Shown here in pieces: positions 26,040 to 48,385 of a stretch of DNA of 54,624 nucleotides. Made by a program: the position numbers and the translations under genes. The stretch covers positions 1 to 54,624 of the forward strand of contig KZ538677.1 of assembly GCA_000934665.2 (NCBI GenBank). The letters are read 5' to 3'. Below the pieces are notes generated by a model, which saw nothing but the letters and a program-made list of their open reading frames with translations, had not been told where the DNA came from and ran no database searches. Every line of letters starts with the position of its first letter. Position 1 is the first letter of the stretch. The stretch is from Catajapyx aquilonaris (taxonomy: Eukaryota).

Positions 26040-26345
26040 AGTACTAATAGGTCTTAATCCCTGAATCATGAATTGCCTAGGAGATGGGTCGAAGTGGTTG
26101 TCTTAGGGTCTCCCAGGTCGCCCGACTTAACTGAAATTGATTTTCTTTTCCTCTTGGGTGATATGAAAAAGTTGTCTTACAGGTTAAGATGAGAAATGAC
26201 CTTTACCAGTTGACACCCCGCATAAGGGACGCTGCCTGTGGCGCGGGTTACACCTAAACAGGCTACAAAACATCTGATGGACTGATGTCAAATATAGCCC
26301 GCATAATTTATTGTGGTCTACCTATAGGGTGCCCACGTTAAAATT
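26040..26345 (+). mobile_element. Tc1/Tc3-like transposase relic
   Basis: Degenerate translation MGRSG...SPRSPDLTEIDFLF.LGDMKKLSY matches the WIGRGG...WPPRSPDLTPLDFFLWGYMK..VY pattern. Confidence 0.65.
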
Positions 26346-29300
26346 AATCGTAAAATGTATGCCGAGTAACATATTGTAGATGACGTATGACATATCTACC
26401 TTCAGGGATAAAATGGAGTCAAAATTGATGAAAAGGTACACATCTGTGATAATATATTGCGAAATGCAAGTCCTTTTAAATCACCAAACAAAGATTACAA
26501 TATGGGCCTAATTTAAGCGCATCAAAAGGTATAAAACTGCTTAGATCTCCTGATGTTTTACATCTGCGTGTTTCTCGTTGCTCCAGTGGAGATTCCACTT
26601 TTTTACCCTCCAACCACAGGATTATTTTCTTAGATGAGATGGTGTTGTTTATCCCTGCAGTGTGAGTAGTCGACGGATTTAGCGCCATCCCACGTAGATG
26701 CTGATTTATTTGGCGCTTATTGGATTGCCCACCCTGGCGGGAGCCTATTAATGCCACGGGGAGCTCCGTGATAGGCATCCACATGAGGCCTGGGTCCAAA
26801 TCCATCATATCTGCATCCCCTACCTACCTGATTTTTGATGCGATTCTTCACCTTTACACAGCTACGGCTATTTCTTGTTCGCACCTCTGTCATGCATTCA
26901 TTTGTCATTTTTCATTGTCTTGGTGCTACGTACGCGAACTCTTGCGCGAACTTGCGCAATCAAAATTATCTGTTAAATGTAAGCTAATTATTTAAAATTT
27001 AATTCAGCAGTGAATTATGCGAATATCTGATCTGATTTACAAGAGGACGTCCATGCCGCAAGATGCTGTATATTAGTAATTAATGTGCAGTTATTTTTAT
27101 TTCAGATCGCGATGTGTCAAGTGACTTCCATCACACTATATGTTTAGAAGTGACCGCTAACGCAGCAGGAAAATGTTTACCGCTGTCTCGTGCACCGCTT
27201 GCAGGTTACGCGTGTTTTAACTTTTTAAGTAGGCGCTGGATTTATTACTGTATTGCGAATGGTTATGGCCGGATTATTCAACTCTTGACCTAATATTTGC
27301 TGATCCGTTAGGGAAATATTGATCCGATGTCTTGATTACGTTATTATGCATATTATGTGCATTACTAAATTATATATAGCCTATTGTATACAGCCAGCCT
27401 GCATGCCCCCGCCAGCGACCCCCGCCATGGGGCCCCTGGCGGGGCCCTGACTGTAACGCTTTTTCGTTACTGATCCGATTTTATAGACACATTCACTTCA
27501 AAATAACTGCTATTATGCCATATCAGTTATCAAGAAGTGACCCCCAAACTTGTAACACCCTGGTATAATAACATCGACCTTATACAGTATACGTAAATTT
27601 AATTTCATAAGTGGTGTAGATAATTACATAGAGATTGGCATAAATAAAAAAATAACATTTGAGTTCTTATTGATTTCTGAAGATGGCAGATTTCTCGTCA
27701 CATTTTTATGCCAGTTTATCAATGAAGCTATATGTCGCACAACCGGCCATAAAAATGGATAACTCTGCAGGATCCAAATACTGACTCTTTGAACCATACC
27801 GCAATTCAAACTTTCCTACATTGCATTATGGACACCATGATTACACATGCTCATTTGGGATTCTTAAATATTTAGATTAGCGGAGGAAATATCACAGAGA
27901 GAAACCTCATCTAAACCAGTGCTCCTGCCTGAAGGTTAGCTGTGATTTAGAAGATTTGGGACGACTAGTGGTCAAATACGAAGAGGAATTCACTGGCGTC
28001 TTAGGCGCCACCCTTGGGCAGCAATCCTTTTAGCATAATCCATAATAATAGGAGGGAGGCGTGGCAAATGGCGATCCGGCAGCCACTCCATATGGGGCCG
28101 TCCATTGGGAGTGGCCCCCCCTTATAACCGCTAATAACACGAGGCCCAGGTGTCAGAAGAACCGACACTGACAGATACCTTAGTGTCGCCCTTCACATTA
28201 CATGCCACTAGTTTGCTAGGATTACAGCTCTTCAACTGACTCGCCGGAGGCTAATTCTGCACCTTGTATACATCTCCTTATACTAAGCTAACTAGAAAAA
28301 AAGTACGTACTTTATGACCCAGCAAATACGTATTTTGCGATATTCCTAGCCTAGCATTCTCATATGAAATCAGCTGGAGTTCACCATGAGGATGCCCCCC
28401 CTTGAGGGTGACCCAGAGGGTCTGAAGCCCCCATCTGAGTGCCACCTATGGGGCAGGCAACAGGTGGACTTGGCCCCCCCACCCACTAATAAAAAAAGGC
28501 GAGAGGCAGAAAAAAAATGGCGCTCATGAGACCTCACACCTCTCCCTGGGTGCCCACCACCACTTATTTTCCATTTGTTATTTATTGCCCGCTTGGGGTC
28601 GAAAGGTCACCGGGGCCCTTCCATTACGAGCTCACGAGAGAGGGCGAGTGTGTTGGGATATCACCATCGTCACTGTGACAAGAAAGACGACCTGCTGAGG
28701 TTATGGGCCATTTTTTTAACTTTCTGTGGGTTTGTCACGCTTACTCTAGAAACAATGTTGGTCATTGTTTGGATTCTGCTGTTGGTCCGCAGCTAAGGAT
28801 AACACGTGGGGGTAATAAATTCTAGGGACGTCTAGGGGTGGGCTACTTAAGAGAAGCAATGTGCTAAAATTTTGCGGGTTGCTTCCACGTATGGATTACA
28901 ATGAATTATGTTGGTACTAAACCGGTACTGGTCCCACGACAGGCACGTACAGCACTTTTATTTGTATTAAGTCATGTAGGGGTTTGTCTTCTCAACTTAA
29001 TATGGTACTAGCGTATGAATCATGTTGTGGTTAGTACAAATTTGGTTTTGGATAGTAATGCAACTGGCATTGAGCAGGTTAGTGTATACATAGCATTTAT
29101 CAGAATATAGGGGACGAATGAGAACACCTGGAAATCATAAGAGTCTAGTTCAGTTCAATTATGCATTGATTATGGTCGCAAAATAAGCAATATATTTCCT
29201 TAAACACGATTTGCACCTTGGATCAAGCACGTTTCAACTCAATAACTCATATTCTATCACTTAAAATTCTTATCTGGCAGAGTGAACCTCCACAGCACGT

Positions 29301-31337
29301 AGTTTTCCCATACCGGTATTCCAACTCACCACGTGACACCTGCTGTGAACCTCTTTCCACTCATTACCAGTATCGATGATAAGGGCATGAAGTGTCACCT
29401 GTCATATTAACATAAAACGTTGCACTGTACATGACACTAACATTTACGACGTCTGGAAACAGGGACTCTTCCAAACGCGAATAAATCTGCACCACCACAA
29501 GCTATGCTGTTGATTTCAAAAAGACAAAACAGTATAAGTATAATTTTTTTTATTATATATTAGGCTACCGGAGTCTGGTTCTGTGGCTTGTTGGAAGCTA
29601 CATGGGCAAAGCGGAACAAAGTTGAAGGAATGGCCCGTGATGAATGGGCCTTCATTGCCCCTCTCCGGACAATGGCCAAACAAGACGCGCCATTAGACGC
29701 TTTTAAAGCCCCTTGCCTTTGCTCCCGTGACTGATCCGACACTAGTAAACAATACTTGCCCGTCACACTCGGGCCCTGCAGGTGTAAATATTGTCGCAAA
29801 CTTGGGTGGCCATTGCCTCTGTCCGTGTGATTCATTGCCATCATTCCAGTCTCAAGTGTGTTGGTGAGGCGCCTGGGAAAAAGGTTTACAACTGCTGTGG
29901 ACTATTGAAATGAGTCGGGTCATTAAAATATTGTTGCAGATGGCCGTTTTACCGATTTTTATACCCTGGTAAATTTAAGTTGAACTGTGTCGTAGTTACA
30001 ATGCGTCATCAACATCATGCACTTTTGATGATGGGTGGTATCAGCTGAACTTGCGAGCCTGCGGTATAGCAAGATGAGACCACAGTCCAAGGTGATTTCG
30101 CATAACACAAAGGCATAATTGATAAGCTGTCATCGTGCACGAGTCGAGAAGCGTGTCTCAATTGCCGACCTTCTGATTGTTAGGCCTACTAACAGATGAT
30201 CTTGTTAGTGTTACATGAGATGAATCACATCCTCGCTGTATCGGCTTGTTTTCTTTCCCTGCTTTTTAATGTGGTGGACGCGGAAGCTAAACATCCTGCC
30301 CGCCTGTAGATTAAATATTTGGGCCATATTTTAATATGAGAACCACCTCGGGTCAAAACAACCTGGGGGGCTATATGGAACGGCTGAAAACAAGAGAAGT
30401 GCATGAAAAGCCATGTCCAATTAATCGGCTACTTCCTACTCGATGCACAATGAGGCTGTTTTCTAATGTGCGTGTCGGATTCTCCTCCAACACGCGTGGC
30501 TAATTGCTTCAAATATGATAATTGATGGAGTGGAGTGTGACTTGTGATTAGTCAGAGTAATTTGCAACAAGTTGCCGGGAACCTGAGGTCCGGTATCGCA
30601 CTTTCCGTACCATATACTGACTATGAGTGGATTGGGTCGCGTTTTGTGGGTAGGCTAATATGTGATGTGATTCAAATTATATCAGTCAAATAACAACAAT
30701 CCATAGAAACTATTTCTACACGAGAAAATCCTCCCCAATATAGGGATCACCCTGGGAACCTCACAGGTGGTAAGCCTATCCAGACTAGGGATAGTAGCCC
30801 TACACAGTATTACCCAACTTCATTACATGCTTCCTACACAGTCAAGGAGACGACATCCATGGGAGATAGATTATAATCTGTCATTAATAACTGAGACTAA
30901 AATATCCGTGCATGATGATCTAAGAAATTGTCCTGCTAATTTGACAATAGCCTGGGTTATACTATAGTTGAATAGACGGTGACACAATGGCAAAATATTG
31001 TCTTATTGTTCTTCAGCTGCTACATGCGGATGTAAATAATGTAGAATATAAAGTCCAAAGATTAAAGTACGCGTATTCTCGCGTATATTTGCCGCCTTTA
31101 ATGTTCATCATTCGTTGGTAAGAGCAGTCTGAGCTACAACATTGATATTGCAATAGAAGCTAACTGCATTTGAATTTCTTGGCACAACTGGCACTTTTAT
31201 ATCAAAATTGACTGCATACATGAAAAGGAAACCGTATATGCTTGAAAGGGGTCTGGCCTGCAAAATAATGGGTTCAACCATGATGTTTGATGCCAATAAT
31301 AATTGTTCCAACAGGCCGTTTCTAATAAAAATATATA

Positions 31338-32271
31338 GGGGAGACCGGGGCACAGTGGACCACTTTTGCACATTTGAATTTTTATATACCTACCTGTTAT
31401 ACCTACACACCCCATATTTTCAGGCATGGTGGAGACACTCCTTGGTAATATAAGTCACTACTATATTCACAGGCAGTGCCATCCTTTTGGCTTTAAAAAT
31501 TTTTAGAAGCGACCCCCTGCAAATGGTCCACTGTACCCCGATAGGTGGGGCACAGTGGTCCGGAAGTGATTGGGACCCCTAATTCACACAAGAAGTTTAT
31601 TATCATTGCCTAACTTTTTTTTACAGCTGTTCATTTTGAGGACTGTGTCAACATCACAGTTTTGCCCCTTTTTTCTACCTAATTCACATTTTAAAAATCA
31701 TTGTCTCACTTTTTTTTACAGTTGTTCATTTGGAGGGTGGTTTGTCAAAATCACAGTTTTGCCCTTTTTCTACCTAATTCACATTTTTTAAAGAATTGTC
31801 TCACATTTTTTTACAGCTGTTCATTTCGGGACACAGTGTGCATTTCGGGGCACAGTGGTACATGGACCACTGTGCCCCGCAAACGACTGGACCACTGTGC
31901 CCCGGACAGCAGCAACTGACATAATGCTATGATTGTAACGTCGATTGCAAGTTAGGCTTACCAAACTTGCGGTAATTCATGGGCAAAGGGCGGCACTATT
32001 CCACAAGATTTTTATATCAGGCTCATGCCCAACATCTACGCCTGAAGTGGCATTTAAACTGTGGGTTAGTAATTTACTTCACTTATCTTCAAATCGATTT
32101 CGCTGGATATCTATCGATCGATCGATCGCTAGCCGTTGCCAGCCATGTTGGCAGGAGCATGGCAGTGACTTGTTTCACTTGGTACCAGATGAAAAAAATT
32201 TGGCGGCTTTTTCGATTTTTAAAATGGAAAGGTCCACTGTGCCCCGTGGTCCACTGTGCCCCAGTCTCCCC
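31338..32271. mobile_element. Non-autonomous TA-targeting DNA transposon with repeated subterminal motif
   Basis: TIR GGGGAGACCGGGGCACAGTGGACC / GGTCCACTGTGCCCCAGTCTCCCC with TA flanks. The GGGGCACAGTGG motif recurs internally in both orientations; roughly 95-bp internal tandem repeats at about 31610-31830. Confidence 0.85.
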
Positions 32272-32439
32272 TATTGCGACTATAAGACCTTGGATAGATG
32301 TTTCAATGTGTCCTAATATTATCAGCCAATTAGTAACCACAAGTAACTTGCTAGTTAGTGCCAAAAATAGCTAACCATTACGGACATTTCAGTGGGAAAT
32401 CCTTGCATACTCGATGTCCTTAAACATGATAGTTTACAC

Positions 32440-32679
32440 CAGTGGTTCCCAACCTTTTTCGGGTCGCGACCCCCTTTTATGGTAGTCAAGTAGCCTGCGG
32501 ACCCNTGCGACCCCCCCTCCCCCCCCGAGTGTTAGTAGGCGTTGAAAAAAAATTCTTCGTGACGAAATTTCCTAAAATATTTTTAAAAGTTATGTTTTAG
32601 GCTAATTTATAAAAAAATAACCGCCGCCACGCGTGACCCCCCGGGAAAGGCCTCGCGACCCCCAGGTTGGGAACCCCTG
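32440..32679. mobile_element. hAT MITE
   Basis: TIR CAGTGGTTCCCAACC / GGTTGGGAACCCCTG with subterminal CGCGACCCC motifs; TSD not preserved. Confidence 0.8.
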
Positions 32680-32866
32680 CCCTAGAATGACTGTCCACTG
32701 GTCGGTTAAGTGGACCTCACACAAATGATTATGAACAATGCGCTCTAAAAGCTGGAAATCATCTGAAGCTATTAATATTCAAAGAGACACCTATCTAACA
32801 ATATATAGCCTTGTAATATGAAAATTATTACACATCATCACCTTCAGTGAATCCAAGCGACATCTA

Positions 32867-32985
32867 TGACGTCAACAGCTGTCAAGAGAAGCTTATTGCT
32901 TCCAAATTTGATTTGTTTAGCGCGGTGTTGATGAGCGGGAAGAGCTGTCATTGGCCACTGTTGGAAACCCTCCTCCCATGATTGG
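32867..32985 (+). promoter_or_regulatory. Putative H2.0 proximal promoter motifs
   Basis: Full CRE TGACGTCA at 32867-32874, two CTGTCA (TALE-type) motifs, and two inverted CCAAT boxes (ATTGG at 32950 and 32981) 31 bp apart, all within 200 bp of the ATG. Confidence 0.4.
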
Positions 32986-33059
32986 GTAGCTATGAACCGC
33001 CTCTTATTCCTGAGGCCAGCTCTCAAAAAGTGGCCACGCCGTTTTGGAGCACGTGCGCG

Positions 33060-41331
<8,272 letters not shown>

Positions 41332-41582
41332 TTAGCAGTTGAATTGGCAAGGAATTTCCGAAAGCTCCATTGTCCTTCAAGAAGACTGCGGCATTCAGTA
41401 CAGGCAGCACATCGTTGCATGTCCTTTCCAAGTAGAGCACACTTGTTGGATCGGATTGTGCGTCTGTATGTTACTCCCTGTGTGGAGGAAGAGAACTTTC
41501 TTTCAATTTTAAGTGCCTAAGACTGGGGAAGCTTTGGCCAAACATGCAGAGTGCAAGAAAAATCTGTACAGAGTTATTGCTC

Positions 41583-42892
41583 ATATCGTCAGCATTAAGG
41601 AGAAAGGGTAAATAGACCATTTACAGGAGAGCTAATACAGTTGACTCCGGATATAACAGACTTCAAGCATTCAAGGGACAGTGGAAAAAAGTCTGTTATA
41701 ACCGAGGTCTGTTATAGTTGAATCGACACTTTTGCAACGAATACACAAGTTTTCTGCTTTCCATATGCCTATAATGCATACTACTGCATACATTAATGAA
41801 ACCATCCACAAAAATCCAAAATTAGACCACCTGTAAATTAGGCAGGACCAAAAAAAATCAATATTTGTCTTCTGCTGTCTCCTTGTAAATATACCAGAAA
41901 AGTTTGATTTTGAGTAGCTTAGATCAGTGACAGATGCAAAAATTACTCCCGCTCAAGGATTCTCTGCCTTTCTGCGCATGGGAAAGGTACAGACAGTAGA
42001 ACCCCGATTATCAGTCACCCATGGGACTGGGGCATCATCAGATAACAGAAAAGGTCGGATAATCGAAGGAGCAAAGGAAACTTGAATGAAACACAACAAA
42101 AAACATGAAATCATGTACCGTATACAATATTATGGTTTTCTAAGAAATAGTGAAGTATTTATCTTCACACTCTGCTGTTTACAATGCATCTAAGGCAATG
42201 CAAAACAAAAGCTTAGTACGCCTGAATTACAGTGGTTGATGAGAAACATAGATTTATTGCTTGAGCAGGACAGTCAGATAAACCGAGGAGTCGGATAATC
42301 GGGGTTCTACTCTATTTGAATAATCAAAAACAGTTAAAATTGGATTGATTGAATGATTGATAATCAAAAACAGCATATTTTCCCACCAAGGGACCAAATA
42401 TATTTAAGTGTAATAAATTAAATGGATATTGGTCCCAGCCACGCTCCAAGCTGTGGATCGATAAAGTGCAGCTTTGCCACATCATGGCCACATTCATGAG
42501 GATAGTAGTGCATATCTTCTGGACAGACACCATACCTTGGACAAGGGGTTATTCACTAAGGGTAGTCCGTGTATACACCTTCGCAGGTAGTCCGTGTACG
42601 CAAAAAATGTAAGTGAATAACCCTTGTCGCATGTCGTGGATATTCGCCCTTCTTGTGGACTATAAGGTGCGGGCTCAAAGATCAAAAAGGCGAATATGGG
42701 ATATTTGCCCTTTCATCTCCTTTTGGATATTCGCTGGGACCACTTTCTCGTACAGGCGGACTGTTCCAGGTACACATCTGCTGCTTCACCAAAACATGCA
42801 GTGGGTGATGACACCTGAATTTTAATATATGAATTTTTGCAATTTTTTGAAAAATGGTCTATTCACCCTTTCTCCTTAATGGTGACGATATA
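41583..42892. mobile_element. Non-autonomous DNA transposon containing nested pogo/Tigger-like inserts
   Basis: About 40-bp TIR ATATCGTCAGCATTAAGGAGAAAGGGTAAATAGACCATTT / AAATGGTCTATTCACCCTTTCTCCTTAATGGTGACGATAT; a Tigger-like start CAGTTGACTCCGGATATAAC lies at 41638. Confidence 0.7.
41994..42312. mobile_element. Tigger/pogo-like MITE
   Basis: TIR CAGTAGAACCCCGATTATC / GATAATCGGGGTTCTACT. Confidence 0.82.
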
Positions 42893-43142
42893 TGGCTACT
42901 TTAATACTGGCAGGAGAGCAGATTGTTAAGCCACTGCTTTGTCCAACAAACAAAACTTGCTAAATCCTGGAAATAATGCTCAAATTGGGCTTCACATTAC
43001 CAGCATTTGGCAAGACATCAACACTGATAATTGTGGAAAACAAACCTACCACACAGTTTTGCACTAGTTTGCACTCCTGTTGCACACATCATATTCACAT
43101 GTTATAACTATACCTACCAAGTTAGACTAACTTGTAACTCAT

Positions 43143-43312
43143 GGGTGGATTGCAAAGACGTGGCCTGTTCAAACCGGGATCTAATTGAGCCGCGGTTTAA
43201 ACCTCGTCTCCAAGCTAAACATTGGACTAAACCTCGTCTTTGCAAGCACAACCCCGGTTTAAACCGCGATCTAACTGAGCCATGGTTTAAACTCCGTCTT
43301 CGCAATCCACCC
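43143..43312. mobile_element. Harbinger-like MITE
   Basis: TIR GGGTGGATTGCAAAGACG / CGTCTTCGCAATCCACCC; internal duplicated GATCTAA-TGAGCC-GGTTTAAAC unit. Confidence 0.75.
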
Positions 43313-43437
43313 TTAAATGTCACAGTAATCATAAGGTACATTTTTTAGTCACATGCTGTGTGGAACAAAGGTTCATTCAGATCTGTAGTGGTATAAATCT
43401 TGAGATACCGCTGAATCAAATTGAATGGATGTCTTCT

Positions 43438-44326
43438 GGGATTGATTTTGCAGTGTTACGTGATAATTTTTATTGGAAGTTGTTCCTAATAATAATAATA
43501 GATGAAAAAGTGAAACTCTTTAAATACCTGTCCCTGAGTAGTGAAAACTTGCACTTGAAAGTTGAGAATTTGCAATTTTTTAAAATTATGATTATGATTA
43601 TTCTGCAATTGAAATGACCACAGCAGACACTAGGAACTTTCCAAAATTTTAATATTAATTTTTCTGACAATGGTAGGTGAAAGCCAATTGAGGCGTTCCC
43701 CACAAAAACAGCCTATGTCATGAAATGTCGGAAATTGAGTTAAACATATATTCTGATAGTTCGCAACCAGCCCGACAGTTTGGTAGCATCGATGTCCGTG
43801 AAAAGTGCCTGAGTCAGGAGTTGTGAAGGGTACAAGAAGACCTGGTTCCATGAAAAGAAGTCATTGACATAGACAGTTTTTCTCATCTCCTGAAAAAAAT
43901 GGTCTCAATGACAGGCTTCTTTTGTGGGGAATGCCTCAATTTTGAGTCACATATTGTTCATGAACTATAATTTTAATAAAGTTAAAAATGACCATATAAG
44001 CATAATTCAACATTGTAATATCCCATTTTCAGCCTTGCCACATTGTGTAACCAGCACTTATTTTATTAAATAATACTTTTTGTGCGGAATATGTGACTCA
44101 AAAAGTAGGCCATCACCTACCATTGTCATAAAAATTAAATTTAAAATTCTGGAATGTTCCTAGTGCCTGCTGTGGTCGCTTCAATTGCGAAAGAATGGCA
44201 AATTCTCAGCTTTCAATCCGAAGTTTTACTACTCAGGGACATATATTTAAAGAGTTTGGTTTTCATCTAATATTATTAGAAATAACTTACAATAATAATT
44301 ATTGTGGAACACTGCAAATCAATCCT
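43438..44326. mobile_element. Foldback element with long (about 250 bp) diverged inverted arms
   Basis: 43438-43685 is the reverse complement of about 44105-44326, e.g. TGTCCCTGAGTAGT / ACTACTCAGGGACA and GACAATGGTAGGTGA / TCACCTACCATTGTC. A second inverted pair lies inside at 43685-43720 / 43906-43940. Confidence 0.8.
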
Positions 44327-45189
44327 TTATATGATAGGTAAAGGAACAGTGCCTTCTCTGCAGGTCCCCCTTGCCTTGCAATCCAAGATCCAACATGACC
44401 TACTCATCAATAAGGAACTCAGCTAACTTTTGTTCCATGGTACAGTCCATTCCAATTTAAGGGTTTCTATCAATCAGTGATTAGTTGGCTCTAAGCTGCA
44501 CTAAGCAGTTACTTTTGCTCAGTTAGTGTAAAGGCATCCCCAGAATGTGCCCTGGTATGTTAAGGCTGAAAGTGTATCACGTGGAGGTCATGGGCCCTGT
44601 ACTACACTGGTCCTCTAGGTTGAGGCTAAATAAATTTTTAAACCTCCCCAGTTCTTGCCAAGACTTGCCGTTTTAACACACACACACAATGAATTTCCTG
44701 TTTTTGTACATGCACATTGCAGCAGGAGTTGGAGGATTAAGCTCATTAAGTTCATGGTCAGCCAGAAGGAATGCTTCTATAATTTAATAACCTCAAAAAT
44801 TAATTGTTTAATTATAAGCATTTTAGTGCCAAAAATACTTGAGACACAGTGAATGGTGGATAGAAAAAAGGGGTAGCAGGGAATGAATTGTTAAACATCT
44901 CAGCACCTACTGGAGAGAATTATTTGAAAAATAACTTTCAGAAGCAGTGTATATGTGCAGTTTATGGAAGTAATGTAAGTTGGATGAAGTCAACTCAGTT
45001 CATTTTGTACAACGGTGATTTGTGCTTTTCATATTTGCTACCAGAATATAATATCTGCCAGAAGGGTGAGTGCAAACATGTGCTATAACTAGCTATTACA
45101 ATAGAAATGGATAAATATGGTTAATTTGCAAATATCAGATCAACATTGTTACTCTCTGTTTACTAATTATTACATACAACTGTATAATG

Positions 45190-45511
45190 TAACTCGCTTT
45201 GCGAGGTGGGGGGGCTCCACCCCCCCACACCCCCCCTTGCGGCTGCGCCCCAATTGGCGCGCCTTCGGCGCTATGCCCGTGTTCCGCCTAATCCATCCGG
45301 TTACAGAAATCAGTGACGTCACCGGTAGCGATGAGGAGTTTCCGAACGTGCCCTCTCTGACGTATCGTTCAAAACAGCGCTTGGGAGGACAGGTGGGACC
45401 ATCTGTGACGTATCGTTGCAACGGCGTAAGTCCGAGGTCTGTACGACCTCGGGAAGTGGGAGATCTTTTCCATCCTATATCCTCCTCGGATTGGGGCTTT
45501 ATATATATTAG
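45190..45511 (-). mobile_element. Probable non-autonomous Helitron-like element
   Basis: Minus strand starts TCTAATATATATAAAG and carries GC-rich small hairpins near its 3' end (CGCCGAAGGCG, CTCGCAAAGCGAG); no TIR or TSD. A canonical CTRR end is not evident. Confidence 0.45.
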
Positions 45512-48385
45512 ATATTATGGACATATTATTTGGTCATGTAAGACCCAATGGTGTAGCTCTGCCAATTATTGAAGGGTTGAATATATTGTTTTTGCAGCAC
45601 TGGCTTTGAATGTTTGGTATATCCATTTCTGCCTTGTGGGGAAGGAAGCACATCCAAGAGGGTCTGGTGAAAGTGACTAGAATGGGTTGAGATCAATTCT
45701 GATCTTCACATTCCTGCCTACCTAAAGGTTGAAATGGCTAGATCTAATGGAAATATGCCATGTTGCAGTACATTTTCATCGGGGCATTATAATACAGTAG
45801 CTTGAAAGCCAATACCACAAAACAACTTCCCCATTCTCCCTGTGACACACTCAAGTCACCATGATGGTAAAAACTTGAGTACATTTAGCAAGAAATGTTG
45901 ACACATTGCAATTACTAAAAATAAAGAGTTGAACATATATCATTCTGCTTACTATGACTTGTTATTAAAAATGGGTAGCGCACATTTTCATATATTAATT
46001 TTGTGTATGATTCAATGGAATTATCTTCCAAAAGGTGTCAAGTAAGTAGTGACACCAATCTTGAAGCAGCATATGCTTTGCCCTTGGTTTACATGCTTGT
46101 GTCCTTATAGAGGATCATCTTTTCAAGCCCAAATTTCATTTACCACTCTGTCGATGGAAATGGGAGAACCCTGAGCAATCCTACATGAACACGGAGAGAA
46201 CCCTTTCCACATAAGAAACTCCTATGTCCAGCTCAGGGATAAAATTTGGGACCACACAGATGGAAGGTTGCGGTGATAACTACAATAGCCACAGTGCCGC
46301 TCACATGCCATTAATCTTAACTCTAGACGTGCAAAAAGTTGCACTCCAGTGACATGGGCACTTTTTGTGACTATGTCACATTTTTGGTTATAACATGGGA
46401 AATATGGCACATTTGGGAGCCATCTTCGAGACAATCATGCTTTGATAACTTCTGTGTTCAATGATGTTCAGTTTACATTTTTTGAGCAAATAGCATGGTC
46501 AAGAAAAAATAAATTATGAAACCATGCATTGTTTTTCCATCCAAGAGCCTGCAATCAGATAGAGTCAGAGGTTGCTTGCCTATTTTTTGAAGTTGCCTGA
46601 ACATTCCAAGAAATAAACCATGTGTAATGACTGCCAAGACAATGATGTGTAATGAATCTGCTAACTAATAGTGTGGGAGGGCATGGTGAATGGGAGGTAC
46701 AGGGGAACTGGTGGTAGCAGAGTAGGGATGGGGGGAGGGGGTATGAAGTGTATGGGTCCAATGAAATAAATACTTTGCAAATCCAACGTCCACGCTTATT
46801 TTGCTATTGCCTGAATTGCCTCAAGATGCTAAATATTTTGCAAAAACATGCCAAAGAAAAACAAAGAAGGAAGTCCAGGCCTGTTGGAAGGAAATAATCA
46901 GTCTGGCCCCAATTATGCATCGGTGCCTAATTTATTTTTTCTTGATGGTGCTATTTACGCGAAAAATTTAAACTTAATGCCATGGATCACAGATGAAACA
47001 AAATGAAGAAATTGTCTGAGGTGAAGCTCAAATGTGCTGTGCATATTTTCCATGTTATAGTGTTGGTCACGAAAAGTGCCCAAGCCACCATTCCAGCGTT
47101 AAAGATGGTTTCTGATTTTAAGGGGGAGATAAAGAGAATTTGGGAGTAAAGTTCTCGCTAACTAACAACAGCAGAAGCGATTTTTTTTTTGTGTAAGTGT
47201 AACTGACCTCTCTCTTACACATGTACACTGCACTTTTCCCATATTCTTAATGTAGTATTATAATATCATTTGCATTCGGGAGTAATTTATGCAGTCGTAA
47301 AATTTTAAGTTATGTCGTAACAAGTACTCAAAAATGTGGAAAAATTAGATGCTCCGGACCTACAAAGCCGATTTTTATGTTTAGCTATAACTCTTCAGCA
47401 AATAATAATTTTGTCAAAATTTGACTGATTTGAGAACTACTAGTTGGGGGAACCCTAATTTTCATGATTTTTATTGTGCCTAGAGGGAATGGTCAACCGC
47501 AAACGCGACCTTTCTTTTGTGTAGCGAGGGTGGGATCCACTGTCTCCTCTTTCGGCCAGAGTTGGAACTGGAAGAAGTCCCGATTATCCTTATCCCCCCC
47601 TTAACTTGCAGGGTGTCACAAAACTAATAGCAGTGACAAGAATGGAACAGTACATGTTTATTTGATCTGCTTCCTATTTAACCCTTTGTCTTCCACTGGA
47701 TTCTGCACTCTTTGGGTGGGGGTTTTAAAATAGCACCTAGCCTAGGTGAAAATCACTGGATCTGGAACCATTGGTTTCGCTCTCGATTCATGCACAAGAT
47801 GGGGCTGAAGCATCCGAGACCTACAAACCCGAGTTGCATCTTGAGAGCCGCCTCATATTCTATGCACGAGAGGGTGACTTCATCCTATTGCGACATCTAC
47901 GCAGTTTTTTAAAGGCGGCTTCCACCCGCCATATTTTCGTAATGAACGCACGTCTTGTCATTGTCCCGGACAATACACAGGAGAAGGGTTAGCATGAAAG
48001 CTTTCTGCAGGACAAGAAGGTTAATAACTATTTCAGATCTGCATATTGCACTTGAAAGGAGTTCTGCTTAGGCGGCTGTAGTTTTGTCATTACAAGTTCA
48101 CAAACAATTCCAGTGTTGTCAACGTACATTACCGGGTTTTCGATCATTACAGAGCCGTGCTTCCCAATCTTTTTCGGATAGATGCGTAAAATTCGCGACC
48201 ACCATTTCCAATTCAACCCTACCCCTTTCCTTTGGTGGTAGTTAATTACAATAATCGCTAAATTAACACATCTCGTTTACGGGCTAATTTCTAGAGAGAG
48301 AGAATCAATCTGCACAAATAACTACGTAGTTAACCTTCCTCGCGACCCCTTTGGGGTCGCGACCGCAAAACGGAAGAGAACACAA

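Noticed and set aside
26476..26995. 110-aa and 91-aa ORFs between gene D and H2.0
   Set aside because: No recognisable motifs or splice support.
45720..45840. Minus-strand segment bounded by an acceptor-like and a donor-like site
   Set aside because: Stops in all three frames.
47490..48220. Short ORFs and acceptor-like sites as possible downstream exons of the 50218-51414 gene
   Set aside because: No phase-consistent chain or recognisable motif could be built.
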